A stretch of 64,000 nt of DNA from Camelus ferus (taxonomy: Eukaryota), in assembly GCF_009834535.1 (NCBI RefSeq), contig NC_045696.1, positions 11,286,001-11,350,000 of the forward strand, given 5' to 3'. Each line of letters begins with the position of its first letter. Positions within the stretch are counted from its first letter, which is position 1. Positions 47,990 through 61,345 of the stretch are shown one piece after another. Both the position numbers and the translations under genes were made by a program. The notes beneath the pieces were generated by a model. It was given only the letters and a program-made list of their open reading frames with translations, searched no databases and was not told where the DNA came from.

Positions 47990-49230
47990 AGTGACCTGGC
48001 AGTAAAGTGAGAGAAATCCTTCAAGCTATGAATCTAGTGTTTCAGCTGACAGTTACCCGAGGACCATCTGCAGGCTCTTGGTGGAGTAGAGTGTTGACGT
48101 GTGCACTCATGTGTATGTGCATGAGAGAGGGTACAGGAGAAAATCTGGGGTCTACATATGGTTTAAGGGTGAATCAGAGACCACTAAACTTGAGACTTCC
48201 CCTAAAGAAAGCCAAGACCTCCAGAAGCAGGCAAGCGGGAAGAAAGCCTGTCTCACCCAAGTAAAATGTGGGGATTCTTAACTATGTTGGCTTTGACTCT
48301 GAATACAGAGGAAAAGAGTCTCAAGAATTCCTAACGTCAAGCCTTCTCTCATGTGAATTTTAAACTGGAATTCATTCTATGTGTGGTCACCAGGATCTAT
48401 ATTACAGATTCTGAAGTCAGCAAGGAGAAATAGAAAATCTATGTTTTGTATGTTTAAAGAAATAATGGAGGGTATTGAAAGTTAAAAGAAGGGACAAGAC
48501 ACATCGCAAAGGACCAGAAGGATTAATAAAATTCTAGACATAAAAACATAGTCATTGAGATTAAGAACTTGAATGGTTGGGTTAAACATCAGATTAGGCA
48601 GCTGAAGATAGATACTGAGAAATTATTGAGAATGCAGCAGAGAGAAACAGAGGATGAAAATAAGACAGATAAATTAAGAGACATGGAAGGCAGACTGAAA
48701 GGTCTAACATGGATTTAATCAAAAGGAGAGATAAGAGAGAAGGATGAAGATGCAGTATTTGAAGAGACAATGGCTTCTAATTTTCTCCAAACAATGACAC
48801 ATGAATGATCGGATTCTGGAAGCTCAATGCATCCCATGCCGAGGAAAGAAAATGTACCTTGTAGGAGGTAGAACACGCAGACAAAGATTTTGACTACTGA
48901 GAAAAGACAGATTACCTGTAAAGGAATGACAATTAGATTGATAGCTGACTTCTCAAAATCAGCAACAGAAGCAAGACAACATTAAGATAACATCTTCAAA
49001 ATACTTAACGAAACCACTGTCAACCTAGAATTACAGAGCTGATTTAATACAGTCTACAAGGCAAATATTTATTCATAACTTTAAAGAATATAATTCAGAA
49101 AGAAAAGAAATGAACCCAGAAGGAAAATCTGAAATACAGTACAAAATAGAGAAAAACAAAAATGTAAACATTTGGATAATCCCAAGGAAACAATGACTAT
49201 ATAAAACAACAAAAGTAATAAACTTCTTAA
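47990..49230 (+). mobile_element. Old L1/HAL1 5' and ORF1-like remnant
   Basis: agacagattacctgtaaaggaatgacaattagattgatagctgacttctca, caacctagaatt. Confidence 0.7.
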
Positions 49231-52200
49231 AACATGTCTTGACTTTTTGTCCCTCTGCATTCCCATATAAATTTTAGAATAGTTTGTTAATTTCTCAGAA
49301 AAAAACTTGCTGGAATTTTTACTGGATCAATTTGGAGATAATCAACATCTTTACAATGTTATATATTCTGTGCATAAACACGATCTATCCCTTCACTTAC
49401 TAATAATTATTAATTAGTAACTTATTAACAGCAATGTTTTATAGCTTGTGTGTAAATTTTTTTCTAGATTTATTCCCACTATTTTGATTTTTTGATGTTA
49501 TTGTAAATGATGTTTTAGAAATTTCATTTTATAATTGCCCACTCTTTTGGTATAGAAATACAATTAATTTTTCTAAGGTGGTTTTGATTCAGTAACCTTG
49601 CTAAAATTACTTAATAGTCTGATTGCAAGTCCTTTGGCACTTTCTGCACACAATTGTGTTGTAATCATGCTGTGTGGCAATAATGACAAGTTTAATTTCT
49701 TCCTTTCCAATTCCTACATTTTTTTTCTTGCTTTTTTTCAATGACTAAGAGCTCTAGTACAGTATAAAGAGACATGATGAAAGTAGATGTTCTTGCTTTA
49801 TGCTTTATCTCAGGTGGGTAGCTTTTAATAATTCACCATCAGTATCATATTTGATGTAAGATTTTTTTAATAAAAGATATTCTTATCAGATTAAGAAAGC
49901 TCTATGCTTAGCTAAAATTTTGATCATGAATGGATATGAAATTTATCAGATGCTTTTCTGTATCTATCAAATGGTCATGTAATTTATCTTATTTATTCTA
50001 TTAATGTTGTAACTTTATGAACTGATTTTTTAAATTTTAAGCTAGCAGCATTGTTTATCTGGAATAAACCCAACTTGATCATGAACAATTTATCCTATTT
50101 ATCATTGGATCTGACTTGCTAATATTTTGTTTGGGATTTTTGCATCTGTTTTCTTTTTTTTCCCCTCCCAAGCCAGGAAACAGATTTGCTGTGGAAATTA
50201 CCTGATATTTTAGTTAACAAAATTTTTTTTCTTGTGACGAGAACTTTTAAGATCTACTCTCTTAGCAACTTTCAAATAGGCAATACAGTATTATTAACTC
50301 TAGTCACCATGCTGTACATTACATTCCCATGACTTATTTGTTTTATATTTGGAAGTTTGTAGCTTTTAACTTCCTTCACTCATTTCACTGAATCTTCACT
50401 CCCTGCTTCTGGCAACTCCCAGCCTGTCCTCTGTATCTATGAACTGTTTTTTGTTTTTGTTTTTAGATATCATAGATAGGAGAGATTACATAGTATTTAT
50501 CTTTCTCTGTTTGACTTACTTCATTAGAGTAATGCCCTCAAGATCCATCCATGTTGTCACAAATTACAAGATTTCATTTTTTATGGTTGAATAATATTCC
50601 ATCACATCTATCTATATATGATATAGATATAGCTATAGACCACATTTTCTTTATCCACTCATCCATTGATGGACATTTTGGTTGTTCTGTTGCTTTGTTA
50701 CTGTAAATAATGCTGCAATAAACATGGGGGTGTGGATATCTTTTCAAATTAGCATTTTTGTTTTCATTGGATAAATACCCAGAAGTGGAATTGCTGGATC
50801 ATATGGTAGTTCTATTTTTAATTTTTTGAGGAACCTCCATACTGTTTTCCAGGAATTGGCTGCACCAATTTACATTACTACCAAATGTGCACAAGTGTTC
50901 TCTGTTCTTTACATCCTTGCTTGTTATTTCTTATCTTTTTGATAATAAACATTCTAAGAGGTGTGAGGTGAAATCTCATTGTGATGATTAGTGATGTGGA
51001 GCATCCTTTCATGTACCTGTTGACCATCCGTGTGCCTTTTTTAGAAAGAGGTCTATTCAGATTCTGTGCCTACTTTTTAATTGGATTGTTTTCTTGCTAT
51101 TGAGTTGCATAAGTTCTTTATATATTGTGAATATTTATTTTCTCCCATTCAGTAGATTGCCTTTTCATTTTGTTGATGATTTCCTTTGCTGTACAAAAGC
51201 TTTTTAGTTTGATGTAGTCTCACTAGTTTATTTTTGCTTTTGTTGCCTTTTTTTTTAATGTCAAATCCAAAAAAATCATTGTCACAACTGATGTCAAGGA
51301 GTTTACCACCTGTGTTTTCTTCTACGAGTTTTATAGTTTCAGGTCTTACATTCATCTTTAATCCATTTTGAGTTAATTTTCCCGTGTGGTATAAGATAGT
51401 GGTCCAGTTTCATTCTTTTGTGTGTGGCTGTCAAATTTTCCCAACACCATTTATTGAAGAGACTGTCTTTTTTCCCATTGTACATTCTTGGCTCCTTTGT
51501 CATAAATTAATCGACCTTTTATCGTGAAAAATATTTCTCTTTATCTTTAGTAATGCTTCTTGATTGAAAATCTACCTTGTTTGATAGCTAATCCAGCCTT
51601 CTTTTAGTTAGTGTTTGCATAGTGTATATTTTTCACCCTTTTACTTTCAACATTCTTATACTTAAGGCACCTTGTAAGCAGTATATAAATATATATAGCT
51701 ATATATATATATCCAGTACGGCAGTCTTTGCTATTTTTAAATAACATCTTTATTCAGATATAATTCACATATCATAAAATGCACCATTTGAAAATGTAAA
51801 ATTCAGTGTTTTTTTAGTATAGCCACAAAATTTTGCAACCATCACAACTATCTAATTTTAGAGCATTTCTATTAATCCCCAAAGAAACCCATTAACAGTA
51901 CATTAACAGTCACTCTTCGTTACCTCCACCTTACACCACGGCGAGCAATGATCTACGTTCTGTCTCTATGGGTTTGCCTATTCTGAACATTTCACTGGAT
52001 CATACAAGATGTAGTATTTTGTGACTGGATTCTTTCACTTAACATAATGTTTTCAAGGTTCATCATCAATACTTCATTATTTTTATTGCCAAATTATATT
52101 CCAGAGCATGAATATACCACACTTTGTTTATTCATTTATCCATTGATGGGCATTTGGGTTATTTCTACTTTTGGGCTCTTATGAAAAATACTGCTAGGAA

Positions 52201-55200
52201 CATTCAAGTCAAGTTTTTGTATAAACATATGTTTTCATTCTTTTGGGTATATATGTAGGAGTGGAAATACTGGGTCATATGGCAACTCTGTTTAACATTT
52301 TGAGGAACTGCCAAATAGTTTTCCAAAATTACTGCACCATTTTACAATCTCACCAACAATGCATGAGATTCCAAATTCTCCACATCCCATACTTGTTATG
52401 ATCTGTCTTGATTCTAGCCTTATTAGTGAGTGTGAGGTGGTATTTTATTGTGTTTTTGATTTACATTTCCCTACTGGCTAATGATATGGAACAACTTTTC
52501 ATGTGCTGGTTGGCCACTGATACATCTTCTTTTCAGAAATGTCTATTCAAATCTTTTACTCATTTTTAAATTGGAATATTTGTCTTTTTATAGTTATAAG
52601 AGTTATTTATAAATTCTGGATACAAGTTCCTTATAAGGTATATAATTTGCAAATATTTTCTCCTTCTATCAGTTGTCTTTTTATTGATGATGTTCTTTGA
52701 AGAACAAAAGGTTTTAAGTTCGATGAAGTCCAATTTATCTGTTTTTTTCTTTTGTTGTCTGTCCTTTTTGGTGTCATATGCAAGAAAGTAACTCAAAGTT
52801 ATGAAGATTTACCCATGTGTTTTCTTCTAAATGTTTTCTAATTATCAATCCTACATTTAGATCTGTGATTTATTTTTATTTATTTGAGCATAAAAGTGAG
52901 AATTTATTTCTGGACTCTCAATTTTATTCCATTGATTTATTTGTCTGTCTTATTCCAGTGCACACCATTTTGTCATAAGTTTTGAAACTGGAAAGTGTAA
53001 GTTCTCCAACTTTGGTCTTTTTCAAAATTGCTTTGGCTAATCTGGCTCCTTTGCATTTCCATATAAATTTTAGGGTCATCTCATCAATTTCTGTAAAAAT
53101 AAAAAGGCACCTGGGATTTTGATAGGTTTGGATTGAACCTGTAGATGAGTTCGGTGGAGTAGTGCCCTTCTCACAGTGTGTAGTCTCCTGACCCAAGAAC
53201 ATGGGTTGTCTTTGCATATTTTTAGGATTTCTTTTCTTTCAACAATGTTTTATCATTTTTAAGGTACAAATCTTTTACTTGTTTTATTACATTTATTTCC
53301 AAGTATTGTATTCTTTTTGATACTACTGTAAATAAAATTGTTTCTTAACATCATTTTCACGTTATTTATTGTTAGTCTATAAGAATACAGTTGATTTTTG
53401 TAAATTGATCTTGTGTCCTACAACCTTGCTGAACTCATTTATTAGTTTGAATAGTTTTTTTTGGAGTCCTTAAATTTTTTTAATACATAAAATTTTTTCA
53501 TGTACAAGAACATGTCATCTGTCAATAGAAATGATTTATTTTTCTTTTCCAATCTGGATGGATTTTATTTCATTTTCTTGCCTGATCACCCTAACTAAAA
53601 CCCCCAGTACATTATTGAGGGGAAGTGGCAAGAATGGACAGCCTTTTCTTGATCCTGATCTTAGGAGAAAACATTCAGTCATTCACCATAGAGTATGATG
53701 CTAGATGTGGATTTTTCCTAGATGCACTTTATCAGGTCAAAGAAGTTCCTTCCTATTCTTAATTTATTGAATATTTTACCATGAAAGGATGTTGGATTTT
53801 GTCAGATGCTTTTTCTGTGTCTATTGAGATGATCAAATGGTTCCTCTCCCTTTATTTTAGGAATATTGTACATAACATTTATTGAATTTTGGATGTTAAA
53901 TCAACCCTGCATTCCTGGGATGAATGTCCCTCAGTCATGGTAAAATATCCTTTTATATGCTGTTGAATTTGGATTACTAAGATTTTATTGAGAATGTTTG
54001 CATCTGTATTCCTTCTGGGACTCGCCCTATGCATATGTTGTTAAGTTTGGTGCTGTCTTACAGGTCTCTGAAGCTCTGTTAATTTTTCTTGCATCCTTTT
54101 TCCTTTTTGTTCTTTATGTTACTTCAATAGACATACCTCCAAGTTTACTAACTCTTATACCAACTCAAAGCTGCTGCTGAACCCCTCTAGTGAATTTCTC
54201 TCTTCATTTATTCTACTTTTCTACTCTGGATTTTCTACCTGGTTGTTTTAAATAATTTCTATTTCTTAATATTCCCTGTTTGGTGAGGTAGTGATCTCAT
54301 ACTTTTTATTAATCCTCTAGATATGATTTATTTTAGTTCTTTGAACATATTTACAGCAGCTGATTTGTAGTCTTTGTGTAGTAAGATCAACATCTGGGCT
54401 TATTCAAGAGTAGGTTTTATCGACTGTTTCTTTTCCTGTGTACAGACCATACTTACTTGTTTCTTTGCATGTTTTGTCTTTTTTGTTGTTGTTGTTGTTG
54501 TTGTTGTTGTTGAATATTGGACATTTAAAATAATATAATATGGCAACTCTGGAAATCAGATTCTTCACTGTCCCTCAAGTTTTGTTGTTGTTTATTGTTG
54601 TTGTTTCTGTTTGTTCGTTTAGTGAGGTTCCTAGACTTATTCTGTAAAGATATATTATTTGTTGTGGATGGCCACTGAAGTGTCTGCTTGGTTAGCTTAA
54701 TGCTCATCTAATTATTAGACAAAGATTTCCTTAAATTCCTTGATCCAGTAAGTATCCCGCCCTTTGCCAAGGAGCTCTGTGTATGTGTTGGGATATACTG
54801 TCAATGTTCCAGTAATACACAGTTCTGCTGCTCTCTTCATTTCCTGCTTGCACAGAGCCTCAAGGTCAACTGGAGGTAAGACGTTAGGGCTGTCTTAGGT
54901 ATTTCCTAGGCATGCATACAGCCTTGTTCATGAGCATGACCTTCAAGATCCATGGAATATGTTAGAGTTTTTCAAAGCCCCCTATGGACATCTCTTTCCC
55001 TACATTTTCCTTTTGTGTTTCTGGCCAGCCTCTTGTCTGGCTCAAGTAGTCTTGCTAACTGAGGCAGCCGTGACGTTAATTAATTGTCTCTGACTGCTTT
55101 AGACAAAGACCCACTGAGCAAGCTCTGAGAAGGCTTATGAATGGGGTTTTCCAGGGAGTTGTCAGAAAGGTCAGATAGTAACAATTCTCCTGGAATGGGT

Positions 55201-56180
55201 TTTGGGGAGGAGCTTCAAACATACTCTGCCCCTTCTAGTGGCTACAAAGTGGCTGTTTTTCACAATTACTGTGGTTGTGAGGCTGGTGGTTTTTTAAGGC
55301 CGCCACGTAGCTGTAGAGAGGAGGAAGATGGGAATAGAGTAGATTAAAATGCCACAAAGATCACTGTCCTTACCAAGATTTAGCTATTTTTCTGAAATAA
55401 ATGTTCCTCATATTAGTGCAAGCCTTTGGTTAATTTCCAGAGTTCTGAAAAACTTCATTTTGACAATTTTTTGCCAGTGTCCCCTTTGTGTTTATGAAGA
55501 AGTGGAATTTTGGAAGTCTTTATTCTGCCATCTCTGAAGTGTCTGCGCAATCTTTAATTTTCAGTTGGAGTATTTAAATTGTTTACATTGAATTAATTAC
55601 TAATATATTTGTGTTTATACCCACTGTCCTACTATTTATAGTCTATTGGTTGCATCTATTTTATTTTCCCTTTTCCCTTAATTTTGTGCTTTTTAAAAAA
55701 TGATTATGTTTTACCTCTATTAGCTTATCAAAGATGTATCTTTTGCTATTCTTTTAGTGCTTATCTTAAATATTACAATTACCATTTTAAAGACTATTTT
55801 ATTAATACCTTCACCACTTTGCAAATAATGTTAGGGCCTTAAAACCTTTGGCTCAATTTCCTCCCTCTTACCTTTTGTATTATTATTGCCTGCATTGTTA
55901 TTTACATATACAGGAAGCCACACAATACATCACTATTATTTTGTCCGGTCAATAGAAATTTCGTTTTACCCATATATTTATCTTTGCTGTTGCCCTTAAT
56001 TCCTTCATACATTTCTATCTGCCTGAAGAAGTCCCTTTAATATTTCCTTAAGGCAAGTCTGTTGGCAACAACACCTGAAAAATTCCTTTATATTTCTCTC
56101 ACTTTTATGAGATGTTTTTTCTGGGTGTAGATTTCCATGTTGGCATTTATTTTCTCTTAGCACTTTAAATATGACATCTA
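49231..56180 (-). mobile_element. Nested antisense L1 cluster: old L1M host, L1MA9-like insert (~50220-51520), L1MB-like insert with ORF2 part and 5' region (~51735-55540)
   Basis: ORF2-derived peptides in the track ([48 protein letters not shown]); several distinct 3' ends. Confidence 0.9.
54485..54512. repeat. (GTT)9 microsatellite
   Basis: Direct reading. Confidence 0.9.
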
Positions 56181-56412
56181 GCTTAGTCAGCTCAGGCTGC
56201 TATAACAGAATACCATAAACTGGTGACTTAAACAACAGACATTTGTTTCGCATAGTTCTGAGGCTGAGGAGTCCGAGATCAAGGTGCTCGCCAATTCAGT
56301 TCCTGGTGAGGACTCTCTTGCTGGCTTGCAGACGATCATCTTCTTGCTGTGTTCTCACATGAGGGAGAGAAAGATCATCTCTCTTCTGTCTCTTCCTGTA
56401 AGGGCACTAACT
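56180..56412 (-). mobile_element. MLT1A/B-like MaLR LTR fragment
   Basis: cttagtcagctcaggctgctataacagaataccata...gagtccgagatcaaggtg...taagggcactaa. Confidence 0.85.
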
Positions 56413-56459
56413 CTGGATAGTTGCTCTTTTTGCTCCTGACTTTTGGTATCCTAGCAATT

Positions 56460-56568
56460 TAATTTAATTTTAATTTTATTTTATTTTATTTTATTTTTAA
56501 TGGAGGTACTTGGGATTGAACCCAAGACCTCGTACATGCTCTGCCACTGAGCTATACCCACCCACCCC
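56460..56568 (-). mobile_element. vic-1-like SINE with an internal deletion
   Basis: aatggaggtacttgggattgaacccaagacctcgtacatgct|ctgccactgagctataccc; about 10 nt of the anticodon arm region is missing. Confidence 0.85.
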
Positions 56569-57299
56569 CTGACAGTTTTAGATTGAATGCTGGGTGTTGT
56601 GTGTGATAAATTATAGATATTGGATGAAGCTATGTACCTCTACAGGGGATTCACCTTACACTCTGGCAGACAACAGAGGAAGACCAACTTAATCTAATCA
56701 GAGGCTGAGACGTCTCAAGACTGATTTGTGGGTGTCATTAGGCTTGGTCTGAGAACTGGGAAGCTTCTGAGGACTTTTCCTTGGTGAGTTCTGAAGTTGA
56801 ATTTTAATTTCTCAGCACTTTGAAACCACTGAAAACTTTGCTCTGTTTTTCAGCTATTTCTGTGTGACTTCTTAGCATCATGTCAGCTAAGAAGAAAATG
56901 CTTCAATAAGAAAACTGATGTTGAGTGTCACACTCAACTCTCTGTGCTTTTTTTCTCTCCTGAATCTTGACCCCTCAAGACCTGGCAGCTCTGGCATCCA
57001 CAAATCTCAATTTTTATCTCTCTCACCTTATGAGGTATTTATATAGCTCTGCTGGTTTTTCAGCCCCACACAAAGTTGGCAAATGCCTCCAGGGGAAAAG
57101 CTTCTTGCAAAATTTTGGCCTTCTTCAGTGCAGTTTCCTTCTCTCTGTGCTCTGCTGTCTCAAGCCCTGGCATCCTTGAAAGCTCTGTAATACCTTCAAA
57201 CAGATTTTTTTTCTTTTAATCCAGTTCTTCTTATTTTTTTATGGGCGCATTGACCTCCTAAGGAGTTACTCCATCATGGCTAGAATTAAATGTCTGAAT

Positions 57300-58950
57300 T
57301 TTTTTTAAATGTACTTAATTTTTTTTTAAGTGGTCTTAGGTTCACAGCAAAATTGAGCAAGAAATATGGAGTTCCTATATATCCCCTCCCCCTCCCACCG
57401 CACACCCGTAGCCTCCCCAACTGTGGACATCCCGCATCACAGTGACTCATTTGTTACAATCGATGAACCTGCACTGACACATCGTCTTCACCCAGAGTCC
57501 ATAGTTTACACCTGGTGACTTGGTGTTGTACATTCCATGGGGTCTGCCAAATTTCATGTCTTTCCAAATAAATTTTATTTGGAAAAAATTTTAGATTGAA
57601 ATAAAATTTGCAAAGATACCATAGTGAGTTCTTGTCTACCCTTCACCCAACCTCCCCTAATGTTCATGTTTTATATTACCATGGTATTTGTTTAAAAACA
57701 AAACTAAAAAAAATCGGTATGTTATTATTAAGTAAATACTGGACTCTGTTTGAAATTCACTGATTTTCCACTGATGTCCTTTTTTTTCTTTGTTTCTGGA
57801 TGGAATCTGGGGCTCCGCATTGCATTTAGTTGTCGTATCTCCTTTGGTTCCCTGATCTGTGACAGTTTCTCAGCCTTTCCTTTGTTTTTCATGACACTGA
57901 GTTTTAAGAATTACTGGCTAGGCATTTTGTGGAATGTCCCTTAATTTGGGTTTATCTGATATTTTTCATATGGTTATACTGAGGTTATTTTTTTCTGGAC
58001 GGTGAAATGCCTTGCTAATCATGTCATATCAGGGGGTACATGTTATCAACATGTCTTACTACTGATGATGTTAACCTTGATCATATAGACAAGGTAGTAT
58101 TTGAAGGGTTTCTCCACTTTAAAGTCATCCTTCTCCACTTTCCATATTTTATTCTTTGGAAGCAAGTCATGAAGCCCAACCCACATTTAAGCAGAGTTGG
58201 GTGAAATTAAGCTCCATCTCCTGGAGGGGGTATCTACGTAATTGTTTGGAATCCTTCTGTAAGGAAAGTTTGTTTCTTCTCCCTCAGTTACTTTTTTATT
58301 CAATCATATATTTCTATCAGTATGGACTCATGTATAAGTATTTTATACTTTGGGTTACAATTCAGTTTTATGTTATTAGTTTATTTATTTATAAATTACT
58401 TTTGATTGATTGATTCGATGGCTCAGATTGTTCCAGCTTTGCCATTGGGAGCTTTTTCCATTTGGCTTGTGTCCTTTTGACATGCCTCCATCCTTTTATA
58501 TTTTGAGCACTTCTTTACTTTCTTAATACTCTATGATACTTCCAGCTCATCTTATATTTTCCCTTTCTCAGCCCTGGAATCGGCAATTTCTCCAAGGCTC
58601 TGGTTTCTTTCATTAGAGAACGGTATTTAGAAACCAGTATCTGAACGCCGGTATGCTCGCGGCTACTGAGGTTATGTCACACATATGTAATAGAGTTAAT
58701 GTCTGTTGTCACAGTCTGCATTTCATGTTGGGATTCTCCAGCCTTTCGGCTGATTTTTTTTAATTTGCATATATTAAAGTTCACTCTTTGTGAGATACAA
58801 TTCTATGGAATTTGATAAATGCGGAGTTATGTATCCAGCATCGTAGTACCACGCAGAGTACTGACATCATCTAAAGGTTGCCTTGTGCGTCCCTTTTGCA
58901 GTTGTCCACTCTCCCCTCCCATCCTCTAGCAACCATCAATCTGTCCTCTG
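57300..58950 (-). mobile_element. Nested old L1 3' ends (L1MB-like followed by L1MC-like)
   Basis: taggttcacagcaaaattgagc...; ttgcaaagataccatag...ttagaaaccagtatctg; tagcaaccatcaatctgtcctctg. Confidence 0.8.
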
Positions 58951-59930
58951 CATTGAGCTTTAATCCTACCATCTCCACCTTGTGTGCAGACCTTGGAATG
59001 GGTTGAAATGGCCAAAATGGGGTTCTAATGTCGGCTTTGTAGGAGTGAGCAGGCATTAATGCCTGTTACCTAGACTGTAAGTTATTTGCCTCATTCATTG
59101 TTATTTCTGTAGAGCAGCACTTAGCAGGAAATAGGTGCTCACTGATTTTTTAAAAAATGCATAAAGTCTTAGCATGGGCCCAATCAGTGTATGGTAAATC
59201 TGTGACAATTGAAAATGTGCTTCTTGAAAGGTTTGAGAATTTCTAAGTATTCTAACACCAGTAATTGACTGCGGCTGCAGTGTGGACTGGTTATGCCAAT
59301 GCCAGCTCTGCAGATCACTCCACCCCTCTCCACAAGGCTTTCTACATTTATACTCTTATTGACCTGAAAACAACCCCTCCATGTAGGCTATGTTACTTCC
59401 ATTACAAAAACGACTGCCTCTTTTGGGAATCTGTGTTTTTATCTATCTATCTATATGTATGTATGTGTACACACACACACACACAAACACACATTTAAGT
59501 GTAGAAATGCTTTACCACTTAATCTTCCCTGTACTCAACAGCAGCCAAAAAAAAAAAAAGCCTTGGAGAAGCAATAGATGCACCTTCTCCCAGCCATGCA
59601 AAATGGAGAGGAAGGATATCAACTCTTCAACAAGTCACATTTAATGCATGATCTGCAGGAAGGGACCTTCACATCTCTTGGCTCTTGTGACAAAGAGTAA
59701 ACAGAGAAGTCATTTTTTTTTGGATACTGATATAGAGAGGAAATGCAAGTTCATAACCTTGGCCTGGGTTGACATGCCAAGCTTGAGGCCATCAGATTCC
59801 TTTTAGAGCCAGACGTGAGGGTAAACTTCCTGGTGCTGTGAGCCTTCCTCTTTCTCTAGTTGTTTTCTAACTGATGGAGAAGAGCCAGAAAGGGTAATGG
59901 AAGATGCGAGATTCAAGATACAGGAGTACT

Positions 59931-60080
59931 GGGGGAGGGTATAGCTCAGTGGTAGACCTCATGCTTAGCATGCACAAGGTCAGGTGTTCAATCCCCAGTA
60001 CCTCTGTTAAATAAAAACAAACAAACAAACAAACAAACAAACAAATAAATAAATAAACCCAATTACCTCTCTCCTCAAAA
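59931..60080 (+). mobile_element. vic-1-like tRNA-Ala-derived SINE
   Basis: GGGGGAGGGTATAGCTCAGTGG...TTAGCAT...GTTCAATCC, expanded CAAA/TAAA spacer, TSD CAAGATACAGGA (59914-59925, 60081-60092). Confidence 0.92.
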
Positions 60081-60654
60081 CAAGATACAGGAAGAGTCAC
60101 TAGGACAACTGGGTTATTTGTTTATAAATGTATCTCTAGCCTCAGAGCTGTATCTACCCAGCAAAATAGTGAAGCAGAAATTTGGCAAACATGATCATTA
60201 ATTATCTAATTGGGCTGTTTATTCCAATCAAGTTAATTGGTTAACTGCTAGGTTTCCACTTCACTTTGAATTACTCAGGGACAGCAAAAGAGAAGGGGGA
60301 TTAAAGCATGCATCTGACGCTTTTCTCTAAAGCTGATGAAAATGTCTTTATGGCATAAATATTTGACCTTTAAGACTTTTCTTGCATTTTCTTTGCAAAA
60401 TGACAGAAGAGGCTCAGCTAAATCTCTGGCCCATTAACTGACTAAGATAGTGAGATTAGGCCAATTCTTCTCTCCCAGGTCCCAGACATTATTCAACCAT
60501 AGATCCAACAAGATGCATTTAAGAACAAGATGGAAAACTCCTGTAGAGGTTGGCCACGTGCCCCTGGCCTTGGAGAAGAGAGTGCGGAGGCAGCATTCAG
60601 CTGATTTTCAGGAATTTTATGTCCCTGCTTGGAAGATTATTATATACCTTTCCA

Positions 60655-61190
60655 TATTCATCCATCCATCCATCCACCCATCCACTCATTCATTCATTAT
60701 TGGACATGGATAATGTGCCAGGCACCATACTAGGTATGGCAGATACAAAGATGAATGAGACAGGATCCTTGCTCAGAGAGTGGAAGTCATACATCAATAA
60801 CATTGCTATGGTATGACCAATGCAGTAGGAGAGGCAGGTCCTGAGAATGCTGGGCACACGGAGTGGGGAAGACGGAGTCTGCCTGAATGGGTCAGAGAAG
60901 GCTTATTTCATAGAGTTAGGAGATGAAACTGGTAGATGAAACATAAATAAGATCCCTGCCCCCTTGGAGGGGTGGAGGTTGGAGAGGAAGTTGTTCTAAG
61001 ACAGACAACAGCACATGTGATGACATATGGAACAGTATGTTCCTTAGGGGAGTTGCCAGGTGGTCACTGTTCCTGGAGCTTGGAGGAAAACTGGAAAGTG
61101 AGGCGTCTCATTGGCAGTGTTAAAGGCAGTCCTTGGAGAGTTTTAAAGAGGAAAGATCACTTCGTCATCTTTGAAAGGCCACTGTAATGT
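60655..61190 (-). mobile_element. L2 3' region with (TCCA/TTCA)n tail
   Basis: cattcatccatccatcc...aatgtgccaggcaccatactaggt...gatacaaagatgaatgagacag...gggtcagagaaggctt. Confidence 0.8.
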
Positions 61191-61194
61191 GATG

Positions 61195-61345
61195 GGATGA
61201 CCAGAAACCCTGGAGTCAGCAGGAGACGGTTCAAATCCAGGGCCACTTTTCACTGTGTAGCTTTGGAGAAGTTCCCAGCTATCACTGAGCTTAAAGAAAA
61301 TAGGATAGTAACACATTCTTTAAAATATTATTGAAAGAATTAGAA
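61195..61345 (+). mobile_element. MIR SINE
   Basis: tggagtcag...ggttcaaatccag...ccacttttcactgtgtagctttggagaagtt. Confidence 0.7.

Noticed and set aside
51689..51708. 20-bp perfect palindrome ATATATATAGCTATATATAT
   Set aside because: A trivial consequence of (AT)n repeats inside an L1.
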